Program-made: the position numbers and the translations under genes
Shown here: piece after piece, positions 25,006-40,590 of the stretch
Position numbering within the stretch: the stretch's first letter is position 1
How the letters are laid out: every line of letters starts with the position of its first letter
Assembly (NCBI RefSeq): GCF_006345805.1
Contig: NC_043004.1
Coordinates: 25,358,001-25,422,000 of the forward strand
Source: Octopus sinensis
Lineage: Eukaryota
Length of the DNA: 64,000 nt
Reading direction: 5' to 3'
The notes under the pieces: generated by a model
The model's input: only the letters and a program-made list of their open reading frames with translations
Told to the model about the DNA's origin: nothing
Database searches by the model: none

Positions 25006-25234
25006 CGCAGTGGGACTGAACCTGGAACCATGTGGTTGATAAGCAAGCTACTTACCACACACCCACTCCTGATAAATAAATATTTGATCGCTTTTTCTCT
25101 TTCTCTCTTTGTGTGTGTGTGTATGTGTGTGTGTGTGTGCGCGCGCGCATACATGCATACATACACCCATACATCCATCAATACATACATACATTGGTAG
25201 TGAGCTCTGGTGATTTATACAACCCCAAAACAAC

Positions 25235-25575
25235 TGGACTCCCTTACCCCAGAGAAGACCTGGATGGAATGCACTCAGCATACAAAAAAAAATTATGCAT
25301 GGGTATGTTGCCCGGAAGCTAGAAGAAGACAATAGAATTGACACAAAGCGCAGTAACAGGAGATTGCCACAAAGTACCTGGGGAACAAGCGAGACAGTGA
25401 TGTTCTTATAATCCCAAGGTGCAACCGCATGTGTAGGCAATGTCATGTTTCTGTGAAAGACATCACTCATGTGATTAGCAGCTGACCTAAAATGTCGTCA
25501 CGGTACTACCTTCCTATGCGGCACGATGTTGTCGCTAAAACAATTTACAATGCCATCTGCAAAAATGACTGTCCT
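25235..25575 (+). pseudogene. R4/Dong-like RLE retrotransposon relic (second lineage)
   Basis: MHGY, CRQC...DITHVISS*PKMSSRYYLPMRHDVVAK (CCHC knuckle plus RHD). Confidence 0.7.
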
Positions 25576-25579
25576 TGCA

Positions 25580-25950
25580 GGTGCGTAGTATCTTCAGGGT
25601 TCTGTATTACCACCTGAAACTTTTGTATCATCTGCATAACATGTGATCGTGGCTGTCTGCGTGGCTGAGGGCATGTGTAAGAGGGCCATTATGAACAGCA
25701 GTGGTCCCAAGACAGTGCCTTGCAGAACACCGCTCACTATTTGCGTGTTATTGGAGGTGGCCCCAATGGCTACTACCACCTGACTTCTATCCTTCAGAAA
25801 GTCATGAAGCCATTCTCCCAATTTTCCAACTATGCCAAGATCACAAAGTTTCTGACATATCATTCCATGATCGACTTTATCAAAGGCCTTAGTAAAGTCG
25901 AGATATATCACTTCCAAATTTGAGTGGTTGAGCAGTTGTTTCAGCACCCA
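25580..25950 (-). pseudogene. CR1/L2-group RT fragment
   Basis: YLDFTKAFDKVDH, SGVLQGTVLGPLLF, YADDTK. Confidence 0.9.
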
Positions 25951-26556
25951 GTCGTAGTGTTGTAGGAGCTGAGTTAGGCAGCTTCTTCCTGGTCGGAAAC
26001 CATGTTGGGTGTGGAGGCAGCAAGTTATATATATATATAATATATATATATATATATTATATTATATTATATTTCGTGAAATTTGAATTAGTATTTCTAA
26101 ATTAAATTTTTCCCTGTAAGTTGGGAAATAATATTCTCTCATATTATATATGTGGGGGTGGGGTGGGGTGGGGGGTTCATATATATATATATATAATATA
26201 TATCAAATAAAACATGATGCAAAGGATTTAACGGTACATATGTTTCGGGCCTTTATTAGACGGTTTATAACAATGCATGATTGATGTAAATGTGTGTCTA
26301 TAGCCTTCTTCAGCCGCGTACAATTACTACTTCAAGGACATGTATTACATTATAAGTTTTACGTTGGGGATGCAAATCCTCATAGTCACGTGCGACAGAG
26401 CGAGGCACCAAAACAAAATCAAAGCGTCCATCCCGTTTTTCACTCGATGTAGAATGAGGAAGTTGGATGTTGAGATAGAGAGGGAAGGAGTTGGGGGGTG
26501 AATCTTTAGTGGGTTAGGGATCACTGTAAGTTTGGATTTACTCCCTAATATTATTA

Positions 26557-26591
<35 letters not shown>

Positions 26592-26595
26592 TTTT

Positions 26596-26804
26596 TTTAC
26601 TTGTTTCAGTCATTTGACTGCGGCCATGCTGGAGCACCGCCTTTAATCGAGCAACTCGACCCCAGGACTTATTCTTGTAAGCCCAGTACTTATTCTATCG
26701 GTCTCTTTTGCCGAACCGCTAAGTATCGGGGACATAACACACCAGCATCGGTTGTCAAGCAATGCTAGGGGGACAAACACAGACACACAAACACACACAC
26801 GCCA

Positions 26805-26849
<45 letters not shown>

Positions 26850-27007
26850 ATACATATATACGACGGGCTTCTTTCAGTTTCCGTCTACCAAATCCACTCA
26901 CAAGGCTTATAGTAGAAGACACTTGCCCAAGGTGCCACGCAGTGGGACTGAACCCAGAACCATGTGGTTGGTAAACAAGCTACTTACCACACAGCCACTC
27001 CTGCGCC
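26596..27007 (-). mobile_element. SINE family A
   Basis: Both ends present. Confidence 0.9.
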
Positions 27008-27324
27008 TATATATATATATATAATACAAGAGACAGTCACACTGCTTACTTGCAGTAGGTATTCGACATCATTTATATACCTTTTATTATAAATATCATT
27101 CCATGCACTGGAATAGCTTTTGAGTATCCAGTTATAATGTATTCAAAGGATAAATATTTAGATGCCATTTATGTAATCTGTCGCTTCTTATTGAATTATG
27201 ATAATTTGCCATTACTAACTTTTGCCAGCTGAGTGGATTGGAGCAACGTGAATCGAATCATGAGTCCAACACCCTAACCATTAAATCATGCGCCTCCACA
27301 TACATACATACATACATACATACA

Positions 27325-27355
<31 letters not shown>

Positions 27356-27997
27356 GTGTGTGTGTGTGCGTTTGTATACATGCACACATCTGCGTGTATG
27401 TAATTCTGTATAGAAATGTGTGTATGTTTTTTTTTTATGTATGTGGATCTATGCATGTATCTGAGTGTATATGTAGACACACAAGTACCTGTGCGTGCGC
27501 ATACATATACACAAACGTACACACATCAAGCCCCAACCCACGGCCTTAGTCCTATTTCATTTTATATCCAATAGTAACATTTTGTGATCAAAGCCCAATT
27601 CAAGGGAGATAACTCTAAGGAAACAGTTACTTTTCTTTGTCTTATCTGTCCATGCCTTTATCGTTCGGTAATATGAGTGATGCAGTTCTTCAATCTTCTG
27701 ACTTCCCTGTTGTTGAGGGGAGGAGTAAATAACACATCCACCATTAACTTAATCCTCGGGCACATTCAAACTGACACTCTACGTGGCAAGGGTGCACTTT
27801 CGGATTACATGTAAAATCCATCGGATGGATTTTTGAACGGTTTCATTATATTTATGATTCGATCCGAGTCTATAGAAAATAGCATTTGCTCAAGTTGTCC
27901 TGGAGTGGGATCAAACTCCAGACCTCACGATCTCAAAGCGGGCTCGTTAACCCTTCGGTCATTCTATGTAAGATGTACAAGCACACACACGCACACA

Positions 27998-28511
<514 letters not shown>

Positions 28512-28931
28512 CCCTTAACCTGAAAGCAATGGCACCATCCCGTACACATTTTATATTCTTTTATGAAGTGTATAAATTATACCCGACATAATCAGGCGGA
28601 ACTTTATTTCCATATACTGAATATGCAGTCTACCTTACCTTTAAAATACTATAGTGTGTGATTTAAGAGAGATTCAGGTGTTTTTCAGGTCAACCGTGAA
28701 TTGACGTAAGAGTATTGGTCGATTACTCATTGGCTGATATGTTTTACTAAGTCCTCCACAACTTATTTAAATGTTTTTATGCAATGTTAAAATTTGTTTC
28801 GACAGAATCCAAGTTTCAATATTTGTATTATTACGAAAAACAAGAATGAAAACTAAATATCATGTATATTAAAAGTGATCAATGAATGGCATGCAATTCA
28901 AATAATGTATAGAGACTGACAAATAATATAT

Positions 28932-29334
28932 TACTCTTTTACTTGTTTCAGTCATTTGACTGCGGCCATGCTGGAGCACCGCCTTTAATCGAGCAACTCG
29001 ACCCCGGGACTTATTCTTTTGTAAGCCCAGTACTTATTCTATCGGACACTTTTGCCGAACCGCTAAGTAACGGGGACATAAACACACCAGCATCGATTGT
29101 CAAACAATGCTAGGGGGACAAACACACTCACACAAACACACACACGCATATATAGATATATATACATATATACGACGGCTTCTTTCAGTTTCCGTCTACC
29201 AAATCCACTCACAAGGCTTTGGTCGGCCCGAGGCTATAGTAGAAGACACTTGCCCAAGGTGCCACGCAGTGGGACTGAACCCGGAACCATGTGGTTGGTA
29301 AGCAAGCTACTTACCACACAATCACTCCTGCGCC
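28932..29334 (-). mobile_element. SINE family A, full length
   Basis: Both ends present. Confidence 0.9.
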
Positions 29335-29705
29335 TATATATATAAACATATATATATATATATATATAAACATATATTATTATATATATATATATATATC
29401 GTGGCACTCCGTCGGTAGTATGATATATGCATTTTAAGATCCACAAAAATCAGAACTTAACTGCATCTCCTCGTCCAAGCGAGATATGCAAACTATGTGG
29501 GTTTCTTTTCAATACAATGTCTTGTTCAGAAAGCCACGTCAGACGCCATGATGGATCTAAGGTGTAAGTACAAGAGATGGTCAGACTCTGCTTAAGGAAT
29601 AGACAACGATCATGTATGTATGTATGTATGTATGTATGTATGTATGTATGTATGTATGTATGTATGCATGTATGTGGGTATGTATGTATATATGATGTAT
29701 GTATG

Positions 29706-29759
<54 letters not shown>

Positions 29760-29762
<3 letters not shown>

Positions 29763-31390
29763 TGTGTACAGTGCTCAGGTGCACTAACAACTCATCTAAA
29801 GTGTATATATAATCAGGTGTAGTTTCGACGGATTTCGGGAAGCATGAGGGCCTTAAAGGATGCAGTGTCATGGCAGTCAACACCTGATGCAGGCAGTTTA
29901 TTCCACGCTTCAGCAACCCTGAGCGTGAAAAAATGTTTCCGAAAGTCATGGGAGCTGTGCTGTTTTCTGACTTTGTAGGCATGTCCACGTGTGTTACACA
30001 TGGAGATCAAAAAGGTGTTCAGTGTTGTTGTTGGTGAGGTGGTTGATAACCTTGTGGTTGTTTACCAAGTCCGTCGCAGACGCCGGAGCTTCAGTGAATC
30101 CATGCCAGGGAAACAAGGCGCTCAGAATATGGTAGGTGTCTGATGGAGGGTATGCGTTTGGTTGCACGTCTCTGGACAGATTCCAGGAGGTCAATGTTCT
30201 GAGCAAGATAGGGATTCCAAACTGATGATGGCGAATTCCAAGTGTGGTCGTACCATAGCTGTATACAGTTTTAAATAGATGGCTGGAGAGCGGCTAAAAA
30301 AGTCTTGCTGAGTGATGCCAAGACACCCTCGGCCTTCTTGACAATTTTAGAGATATGCTTGTCCAACGCAAATCACTGCTGACAGTGATGCCTAGGTCAC
30401 GCTCGCAAGAGGATTTCTTGATATCAGTGTGTTGTGAGGGAGTATGTGGACGCAGGGTTTTTTCTCCCAAAATGCATGGTGGTACACTTGTCCACAGCCA
30501 GTTTCAGTTGCCAGTCTGTGATCCATTGCTGCATTGTGTCTAGTCTGATTGCAGGAAAGAGTTGTAGACATCAGGATCATTCTCTTGATTTCAAGGTACA
30601 GCTTGATGTCGTCTGCATATTTCAATACTGTGGCATTCTTTAAATTGGCATCTATGTCATTAATGTATGCCACAAACAGGAGGGGACCAAGGACAGATCC
30701 CTGTGGTACACCCGATGACATCTCATATGGTGTAGAGTGCTGTCCTAGAACTGTGACTACCTCCTTTCGGCTGAGGATGAAGGATTTCAACCAGTTAAAA
30801 AGGTCATCCCCCACACCCATTGCAGAGAGTGTTCACCATAAGCCTTTTGTGTGGCACAGAGTTGAAAGCCTTAGCAAAGTCAAGGTAGACAACATCCCCC
30901 ATGAGCCACTGTCAGTGATCTGAGTAATGTCCTCAAGGAACTCGACAAGCTGGTCACTGCAGCTGGAGTTAGGGACAAATCCATATTGTGAGGGTCGGAT
31001 GAGACTGTGAGAGCTCCAGAATTCCAGAGTGTTTCTCTGACACAACGATTCCATCAGTTAGGCAATACAGCTAGTGAGACTGACTGGGCGATAGTTGACA
31101 GGTGATGTGCGGTCACCCTTTTTGAACAGAGGAATGACACTGGCAGTTTTCCACTGCTCCGGAGTAGCACCATTGTTGAGACAGTACTGGAAGAAAATAG
31201 AAAGCTGGTGTAAAAGGAAGTGCCTGCCACGTTTGAGAAGCAGGTATGTAACTCCATCGAGACCAGGGGAGGCATAGTTGCGCTTATTTTGAAGGTGACG
31301 TCGCAGCATTTCAGGTGTAAATTCCATAGTTGTTATGGAGTTTGCTGTTAGTGATGGTGAAGATGGTACATTTTGACTTTCGACAGTGAA
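29760..31390 (-). mobile_element. 5'-truncated CR1-group LINE with frameshifted RT and (TTA)n tail
   Basis: SPGLDG, W..A.VIPLFKKGD...NYRPVSLTS, QYGF, SGVPQGSVLGPLLF, YADD. Confidence 0.9.
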
Positions 31391-31659
31391 TATGTTTGCA
31401 TAGCACTTGGCAAATGTATGTATGTATGTGTGTATGTGTGTATGTGTGTGTGTATGTGTGTATGTATGTATGTGTGTATGTGTGTATGTATGTATGTGTA
31501 TGTATATATGTGTGTATGTATGTATGTGTGTATGTGTGTGTATGTGTGTGTATGTGTGTATATGTGTATGTGTGTGTGTATGTATGTATGTATGTATGTA
31601 AGTATGTATGTATGTGTGTATGTATGTAATGTATGTAATGTATGTATGTATGTATGTAT

Positions 31660-31693
<34 letters not shown>

Positions 31694-31695
31694 GT

Positions 31696-32090
31696 GGAGG
31701 CGCATTGGCCCAGTTGTTAGGGCAGCAGACTCGCGGTCGTAGTATAGCGGTTTCGATTCTCAGACCGAGCGTTGTGAGTGTTTATTGAGCGAAAACACCT
31801 AAAGCTCCACGATGCTCCGACAGTGGGGTGGTGGCCAACCCAGCTGTACTCTTTCAACACAACTTTCTCTCACTCTTTCTTCTTGTTTTTGTTGTACCTG
31901 TATTTCAAATGGCCGGCCGTGTCACACTGTGTCACGCTGAATCTCCCCGAAAACTACGTTAAGGGTACACGTGTCTGTGGAGTGCTCAGCCACCTGCACA
32001 CTAATTTGACAAGCAAGCTGTTCCAGTTGATCGGACCAACTGGAACCATTGTCGTCGTAATCGATGGAGTGCCAGGAACCTTATATGACA
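31696..32090 (+). mobile_element. SINE family D, long form
   Basis: tRNA-like head GGAGGCGCATTGGCCCAGTTGTTAGG...GTTTCGATTC; tail shared with 6560-6720. Confidence 0.75.
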
Positions 32091-32109
32091 TGATGCGATG
32101 AAAATGAAA

Positions 32110-32425
32110 TGATCCGAGCTTTTCCCTCATAACTTTTAGGAAAATGAGTTTTTTTCAATGAAATTTTATAGAAATACCATTCAAACGGCATACATTACGA
32201 TTATGATGAAATTCACGTGGGAAATCTTTTCCAAGAGGGTGAGGAGAGGAATTCGGAAAATTCACAAAATCCGAGTTTTTCCCTCATAACTTTTAGAAAA
32301 ATGATACCTTTCAAACGGCATACATTACGATTATAAAGTAATTTGTGGGGGAAATCTTTTCCAAAGGGTGGAGAGAGGACTTCAGAAAATTCACAAGATC
32401 CAAATTTTACCCTCATAACTGAATA
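32110..32425. repeat. Tandem units of a CCTCATAACTTT-bearing fold-back/MITE family
   Basis: CCCTCATAACT recurs near 32124, 32281 and 32410; related to 34900-35470. Confidence 0.6.
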
Positions 32426-32427
32426 TA

Positions 32428-32468
<41 letters not shown>

Positions 32469-32629
32469 CTGTATATATGTGCGTGTGTGCGTATATATAT
32501 ATATATCTTTTAGTTATTTCAGTCATTTTGACTGCGGTCATGCTAGAGCACCGCCTTTAGTCGATCAAATCGACCCCAGGACTTATTCTTTGAAAGCCTA
32601 TTCTATCGGTCTCTTTTGGCAACATTGAG

Positions 32630-33320
32630 ACGGCTGGTCACAATATCGGGAATGAAGGCAACATTGATATCTATAACAGCAATATACATTCGGATATAAA
32701 TACAAGCAATAATAGTAGCAATACCAATAATGTGAGTAATTATGATAGGGCTATAGAACTAAATGATAGTGTAAACGGATCGATAAATGATAACACTGTT
32801 TTAGATAACAACATTAACTATAATAACGATAAATATACTCATAATAATCAGAATAGCAACAATATGGGATATCTATCCTTAAATAATTCTACATCTGAAG
32901 ATGATCCCCCTTGGTGTAATTGTAGAATTAAGTCAAAATGCCCGCCACCTGGTCTGTGTGGGGTAAATAACGTAATCTATAAATGTACCATAACTACTGA
33001 GAATAGCAATTTTTTTTTTATTTAGGTTGTACTATAAAATTTAAACAAAGAGTTAGCAATCATATATCCTCTTTTAAATTACGTCATAAAGCTGGTTGCA
33101 CCACACTTTCAAGTAAGATCTGGGAACTCAAAAATAATAATATTAAATATAACCTTAATTGGGAAATAGTTAGAAGAGCGATGCCTTATAGAAATAACAG
33201 GATAGGTTGCCAACTCTGCTCCATGGAGACATATGAAATTCTAAAGCATAGAAAAAATAAAAATTTGTTAAATAACCGTATAGAATTAGGACCATCTTGT
33301 ATTCACGCGAAAATTTAGAC
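32630..33320 (+). pseudogene. Penelope-like element C-terminal GIY-YIG endonuclease relic
   Basis: CNCR.K..CP..G.C...NVIYKC, frameshift, FK.R..NH..SF, TTLS..IW.LK, C.LC..E, LLN.R.E...C.H. Confidence 0.85.
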
Positions 33321-34699
33321 TCTTAAATATTTTAAATAAAAATCGTATAGAATAATCGTATGGAGCTAGGTCTATCTTACTTTTACTAAAAAAGCAAAAT
33401 TCTAATATATTTTTAAATAGATATCTGTGAGCTCTTCAACTGGTGTTCTTTCTTCCTAACTGTACCCGGTTTAGAAGACAAAGAAATAAACGATATTTGT
33501 ACGTTGCCAAAAATTTTAATTGACTATATAGTTAATTTAATTTTAATCTAATTTTAATCTATTTTAATTAACCCAACTTAAATCAAATAAGTTGCTAATA
33601 CTTCATAATTCTATTATAAGTTTAATAAGTAATGCTACTCCCTTAATAATAATATAAGGAATTTTCACTATGATTTTCACTATTTTTTTAATAAACAATA
33701 CTCTCACACCTTTTACTATAGAAATTAATTGGCCTCTAGGTATAGACCTAAAGTCTGTCTTATAATGTATAAACATTTGTATAAATAGTAACAATAAATA
33801 AATAACCTCCTGTTTTAGTATTGCACTTAAACCTCTTAATGTATTTTCCTCTACTGATAGCCTTTGACCCCTTTGATACTTTCTCTTGTTCTCTTTATAT
33901 TCTTATGTCTGCTTTTAACTCTGTAGGACTGGCAGTTAACAGTTGTATGCTGGTCAAAAGTAATGTTCTCTTTTATAAATCTCAGATTCCTGCAACTCTG
34001 ACCTAGATTTTCTGTCACCACAGAAATAAACTATTCTGTGTAGGTTGTGTACTTACACCCCTTCCTCTCAGTTGTCCCATAATGCCCTATTTGGGCGGTT
34101 TTTCTGCTTCACTAACTTCTTTTAGCCAATATAATTCCAGCATAGTAGTTTTGTGAGATGAACAGAAATGTGATCAGCATCTTCTCATATATCAGGAAAT
34201 TATATCTACATTATTATGGATAAATTCATCGTCTCTGAGTATGAAATATCTCCTCATATCTCCGGAAATTACACTTGCATTATTATGGATGGATTTACCT
34301 TTTCTGTGAAGCTAACAAACTTTTTTAAAACCTCTTATAAAACTGTGCATCATTATTGAACTTTTGAAGTCTGCTTACAATCTAACTTTGCTTTTTATAG
34401 AACTCTCTTCGATACTTCATGAATGTAGCCTCACCCCCTAGGATGTTTGGAAAACTCATATGTGTTTTGGCTGATGAATACGGGACACTTGTATTTGCTG
34501 CAATATTTGCAGCTTTTAATAAAGCTGTTCTTCGTATGAAACAATTGTACTGAACAACTAATCCATTCTTGTTGCTTTTTTCTTATTTATAATCACCCCA
34601 CATTATTTTATGGTTAATACCATATAGATTTCTGGTGCATCTAAGTTAAGTACCGCATTCATGTGAATTCATTGGAACTCACTTGAATCTTAATTGTTT

Positions 34700-34827
<128 letters not shown>

Positions 34828-34899
34828 CAAGTTGCTAGTTTTATTAACGCCTCTGTTTATCGAATGGGCATTCCTATACATGTATGCTCCCACCCCACG

Positions 34900-35470
34900 T
34901 CCGATTTTGTTGCCTTATAACTTCCCGTTTCAAACGGTGTTGATTACAATTGTATCGGAATTTATTCTGAAAAAAATGTTTTTCCTAGGAAGAGGTGAAG
35001 AGCTTTGAAGAATTCACACGAGTTGGCTTTGTTTCCTCATAACTTTCAGGAAAATGAGTATTTTTTAATAAAATTTACTATGAATACTTTTCAGAGTGTG
35101 TTGATTGCGATTGTGTCGGAATTTAATATGAAAAAACATATTTTGTGGTCACATATATCTACAAAATGAAATTTGAAAATTCGCAGAAAACATTTCATAT
35201 GTATCAGTGCGTGCTCACTGTTTTTTTCTTTTTACATCAGATTCCGATATAATCGTAATTTACACATTCTGAAAAGAATTTGTAGAAAATTTCATTGGGA
35301 AATATCGATTTTTCTGAAAGTTATGAGGAAACAAAACCGCCTTGTGTGAATGTTCCGAAATTCCTCATGTCATTCGCAAAAAAAAAAAAAACAATTCACA
35401 ACAAATTCCGATACAATTACGAATAAACGAATTTGGGAGAAAATGGGTGCGGGGAATCAAATCAGAGCTC
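34900..35470. mobile_element. Fold-back / MITE-like long imperfect palindrome
   Basis: Arms of about 200 bp; perfect 22-bp inverted match 35028-35049 / 35314-35335. Confidence 0.7.
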
Positions 35471-36609
35471 ACATTAAAACTATGTTGGATAGAAGTATAA
35501 CGAAAATATGCTAAACAGTGTAATGTATATAAGATTAATTTGCAGGATATTTTGCTGTGTGCGGGCTTAGCCGTGTGGTTACTTCGTTTACTCTGAATCT
35601 TACTGCTAGACTCTTCCCTAAGCTTGAAACCACTGGCGCTGTCCCGCACCCCCTGTTTTCTTTCACGTAATAAATATGAGAGTATACTTGGTAGGCTAGC
35701 TTACAGTATAAACACAATAGTGTACGATTTAAAAGACGTTTACTAGTTATTTTTTATGAGTGCAGTAATTTCGTCGATTATTCGCTCGCTGGCTCATTCG
35801 TTCATTTGTTAACAGGTCTTCCACTAGTCTCGTAATTATTTTTACACTTATACGACTTACAGTTTTGCGTGTTTTAGCAAGTTGTAACTCCCACTCCTGA
35901 TAAAAGTGTACCGTTCATGTTTTAGTCCCTGGACTGCGCACTAAGCTGGGATAGTTTTGAAGGCACTTCTGTTAGTACTCATTTGATTAATTATAATTTA
36001 CTTCACCACATAATAAATTTAATGCTAAGGTTTTCCGTTGAAGGTTATTATTTAATATGACAGAGAAAATACTCAGTGAATTATTTCAATTTCATAGATA
36101 ACAACACCAGAATAGAATACAGTGTAATTTTGTATTTAAATACAAAGAAGGATTTCCGTATCTGTCGATGTGCTGTAAACAACAACATTAGACTTCCGTA
36201 ATTATTTACGTGCAAAGCAGCAGTGCTTATAACAACATTCATTTTTGTATCATGTGGCTGTAGTTATTTCGCTAGTACGGTTTTCGACTGGTATCCATCC
36301 ATTCGGGGAATGAGGACCTGGCCAGAATTTCATGTGTTAATAGGTGTTCCACTAGTCTTATATTAATTTTATACTTATATGGCCTTGTTTTTTGCATGTT
36401 TTGGTATAAGTTGTAAATATTGCTGCTGATGAAAATGTGCGTTGGTGTATCTTTTAAATGTTTCACTCACTGGATTGCGACCAAGTTGGGGCACTTATTT
36501 ATTTTTTATTACTTTTTTTAGGTACTTATTCTTACAAACTTCTATTGGGGACATGAAAAACCAACACCGGTTGGGCTAGGGAAGCACAAACACTAACACA
36601 CGCGCACAA

Positions 36610-36920
<311 letters not shown>

Positions 36921-38169
36921 AATAAACAAACACATGCATATATATATACATATATGTACGTACCTACCTCTACATGTATATATACACGCATATATGGGTA
37001 CAGGACACCAAAAAAACGCCGAACACAACGAGAAACGAAAATATAGACACAAACCCAAGGAACTGGACATTTTTCTTAAACAACAAAAAAATAGAGTACA
37101 GGACAAATAACACAAGGAAAAAACCCCTTCTTCAGTCGCCATGGTTTCATCTACTCTACGTTTCGAAGATGAAGGCGAGACGTATCTTCGATAGAAACTT
37201 TCCTTCCTGCGAAAAGCAAATCAAATAAAATTTGAGATCTTTTTGCAGAGGGGTAGAAATGGTAACAAAAACAGGACAGTAACGACAGTACAAAATATAA
37301 GCAGTAAAAGACAGGACAAAGAAAATAACAAGACAAGAAGGGCTGTTAAGCCGAACGAAAAAAAGTATTACGAACGCTATTTCTGTGAACGGCGAAGGGA
37401 GCAAAGAAAATTGCCGTCCACACCTCAAGAAGGTCAGGCGAGGAAGAAGGTGGCAAAGCTCTCATCGCGGGTTAAACGGCGGGAGGGAGGAGGAGGAATA
37501 AGAGAAAGGGAGAGAAGAAAGGGGAATGGTTGTGAGGAAACCAGAAAGAATGAAGAATGAGAGAGAGGAAGAGACAGTTAAGTAGAAGAAAAGGAAATCA
37601 AAGAATGAAGGCTGAGAAGGGGGGGGGACAGAAAGGTTAAGAGTGCGCATCAAAATTAATATCAAGAACAATCTTACTTAGAAAGGGATGCGTGCTTTCC
37701 GTCATATAATATATTAATAAATAAAACATATGCATATATATATACATATATGTACTACCTACCTATATATATATATATATATATATAATATTATATATAT
37801 ATATATATTATATATATATATACATCCATAAACATACATTTCCACATATACAAATATACATCCATACAGACGCAAATGCTACATTCAATGCGTTGATACA
37901 TGCGGATGAACATATCTAGAAGTATATATACATTGACAAACAGTAGATAGATAAATACAAAGGTAATTATATTGAACGAATATGTAAATATGTGCGAGTA
38001 TGTATGTACACGTGTATACGCTTACTATACATTTGTGTGTGTGATTATATATTATGTGTGTGTGTGTGTGTCATTATATATATATGACACACACACGCAT
38101 GTAACTACACGTTTAAACACATTCTCTTCTGTCCATGTAGGCAGATAGACAGGCAGGCAGGCGCACAAG

Positions 38170-38181
38170 CAGATAGAAAAA

Positions 38182-38238
<57 letters not shown>

Positions 38239-38300
38239 CAGCTAGCTAGATGGATAGATAAATAGATAATAGATAGCTAGATAGATAAATAGATAGATAT
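38170..38300. repeat. (GATA)n microsatellite
   Basis: Direct inspection. Confidence 0.95.
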
Positions 38301-38329
38301 TTTGTAAATATTAAACCGTTATCGATTGG

Positions 38330-38610
38330 CCACCTCCCCAAAAATTTCGGGCCTTGTGCCGAAAATAGAAAAGATACTTCGCTTCTTATCTTTACCCTCT
38401 GAGTTCAAATTCCGCCGAGGTCGACTTTGCCTTTCATCCTTTTGCGGTCGATGAAATGGGTATTTCATCTGTCGCTACATTCTGAGTTCAAATTCCACCG
38501 AGGTTGACTTTGCCTTTCATCGTTTCGGGGTCGATTAAATAAGTACCAGTTATGCACTGGGGTCGATATAATCGACTTAATCCGTTTCTCTGTCCTTGCT
38601 TGTCCTCTCA
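38330..38610 (+). mobile_element. SINE family B fragments (duplicated core)
   Basis: TCTGAGTTCAAATTCC.CCGAGGT.GACTTTGCCTTTCATC occurs twice. Confidence 0.75.
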
Positions 38611-38611
38611 G

Positions 38612-38990
38612 TGCTTATAAGGCTGGAGAAGAAATACCTGTTGCAAAGTGTGTTTCGTAAAAGATGGAAGTCTAGAGCAAGTATGTTGCAAGTTACAGAA
38701 CCTGTTTAAACGAGAATATATAAAAGGGGAAAACAAAGTCTTCAGTGTGAGTATGTGGTTTTGGGGGATCGACCGCGTCCTCCGCTTCATTTTTTGTAAA
38801 TCACTCATTCTCGTTTAATTGTATATATTTTCATTGTTTGTTTATTCATAGATTTCGTCTCATTCGATACCCTAACCCCAATGTTTGTTTTGTCTATTCT
38901 CGTATCGTCCCCTCTTTTTCTCAACCTCATGGTTAATAAAGAAATTAACTGGAATTGTTTTAGATGCCTTCAAAATTGAAATTGACATTC
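38612..38990 (+). mobile_element. Possible solo LTR
   Basis: TATATAAAAGGGG, downstream AATAAA, ends TTGACA; 5' end not defined. Confidence 0.35.
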
Positions 38991-39578
38991 AATATTTGCT
39001 GTATCTACTGTCTCTCTCACTATAGTAGAAAACACTTGTCCAAGGTGCCACGCAGTGGGACTGAAACCGGAACCATGCGGCTGGTAATCAAGCTACTTAC
39101 ATACCTCCACTCCTGCACCTATGTGTGTGTGTGTGTGTGTCTGTATTGGCGTTCATACAGATGTGTACCCTCACCTCCCGAATTTGTTTCCACATAACTT
39201 CCAGAAAAATTTAAATATTTTAATGAAATTTTCTACAAGTGCACTTCAAATGATGTAGATTCTCAGGGGTTCAAGGACATGGACCGCATCCCCTTTCTGT
39301 AATTTTAATTATTATTTTTTTCTACAGAAACCCACTTTTTCGAACTTTCCGGTTGGAGCGTACATATAAACTGAAGATTTTGGAAACCCCCAAAACACGT
39401 TTGCAAAATTTTAATTTTTCCCTCTCTCCACCCCTCTGGCAAAGGAAAAAAAAGGGGGTAGCGGAAATTAAAATTTTGAAAATACGATTCATTGTTTAGC
39501 TGCTGTTTTTAGCATGTCGAGGTTTCTGTTTAGATGCTTTTTATGTCAGCTGTTTTAGTAGGAAGGGAGGGTGAGTTT

Positions 39579-40223
39579 ATTCTTTTACTCATTTGACTGC
39601 GGCCATGCTGGAGCACCGCCTTTACTCGAGCAAATCGACCACAGGACTTATTCTTTGTAAGCCTAGTACTGATTCTATCGGTCGCTTTTGTCGAACCGCT
39701 GATGTTACGGAGACGTAAACACACCAGCATCGGTTGTCAAGCGATGCTGAGGGGACAAACACAGACACAAACATACGCACGCACGTACACACACACACAC
39801 ACATACACACACACATACAAGGTGGCGAGCTGGCAGAAACGTTAGCGCGCCGGGCGAAATACTTAGCGGTATTTCGTCTGTCGTTATGTTCTGAGTTGAA
39901 ATTCCGCCGAGGTCGACTTTGCCTTTCATCCTTTCGGGGTCGATAAATAAAGTACCAGTTTCTCACTGGGGTCGATGTGATCGACTTAAATCCTTTGTGT
40001 CTGTCCTTGTTTGTCCCCTCTATGTTTAACCCCTTGTGGGCAGTAAAGAAATATATACATAGATACGACGGGCTTCTTTCAGTTTCCGTCTACCAAATCC
40101 ACTCACAAGGCTTTGGTCGGCTCGAGGCTATAATAGAAGACACTTGGCCAAGGTTCCACGCACTGGGACTGAACACGGAATCATGTGGTTGAGAAGCAAG
40201 CTACTTAACACAAAGCCACTCCT
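39579..40223 (-). mobile_element. SINE family A with a family B copy (39821-40052, plus strand) nested in its internal microsatellite
   Basis: A 3' domain, (CA)n, complete B unit, A head. Confidence 0.85.
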
Positions 40224-40590
40224 ATTTATTCTTTTTTTTTTTCAAAAAAATTGAAATTTAACGAATTTTTTTTTATTTTCAGAATCATAATCTCCTTATT
40301 TTCTATGTATATCACCCCAAAAAAAATTCTAAAAAAGTGAAAAATTGGGGGTGGGGGGATAAAATTTTGAAATGCCGTTTTTTTTTTTTTGTTTTGTTGT
40401 TTTCAGATTCGGAATCTCCGCAAACAAAATGGTGGGCTTCAGTAGAAAAATATTAAAAAAATTAAAAAATAACCGAAATATGGGTGCGATCCATGTCCTT
40501 TACCTCCGTTGTTTCTCATTACATTGGAATATGTGCTGAAAAAGTTTTTCCCGGGATGGGGTGATCGTTGTTGTTCTGGTTGTGACTCCA

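Noticed and set aside
24115-25070. SINE A halves on either side of the N gap as one giant element
   Set aside because: The gap makes contiguity unverifiable and unrelated sequence intervenes.
36250-36470. Possible host exon (64-aa minus ORF; hydrophobic plus-strand frame)
   Set aside because: No recognisable domain, in-frame stops on plus, and no convincing splice pair.
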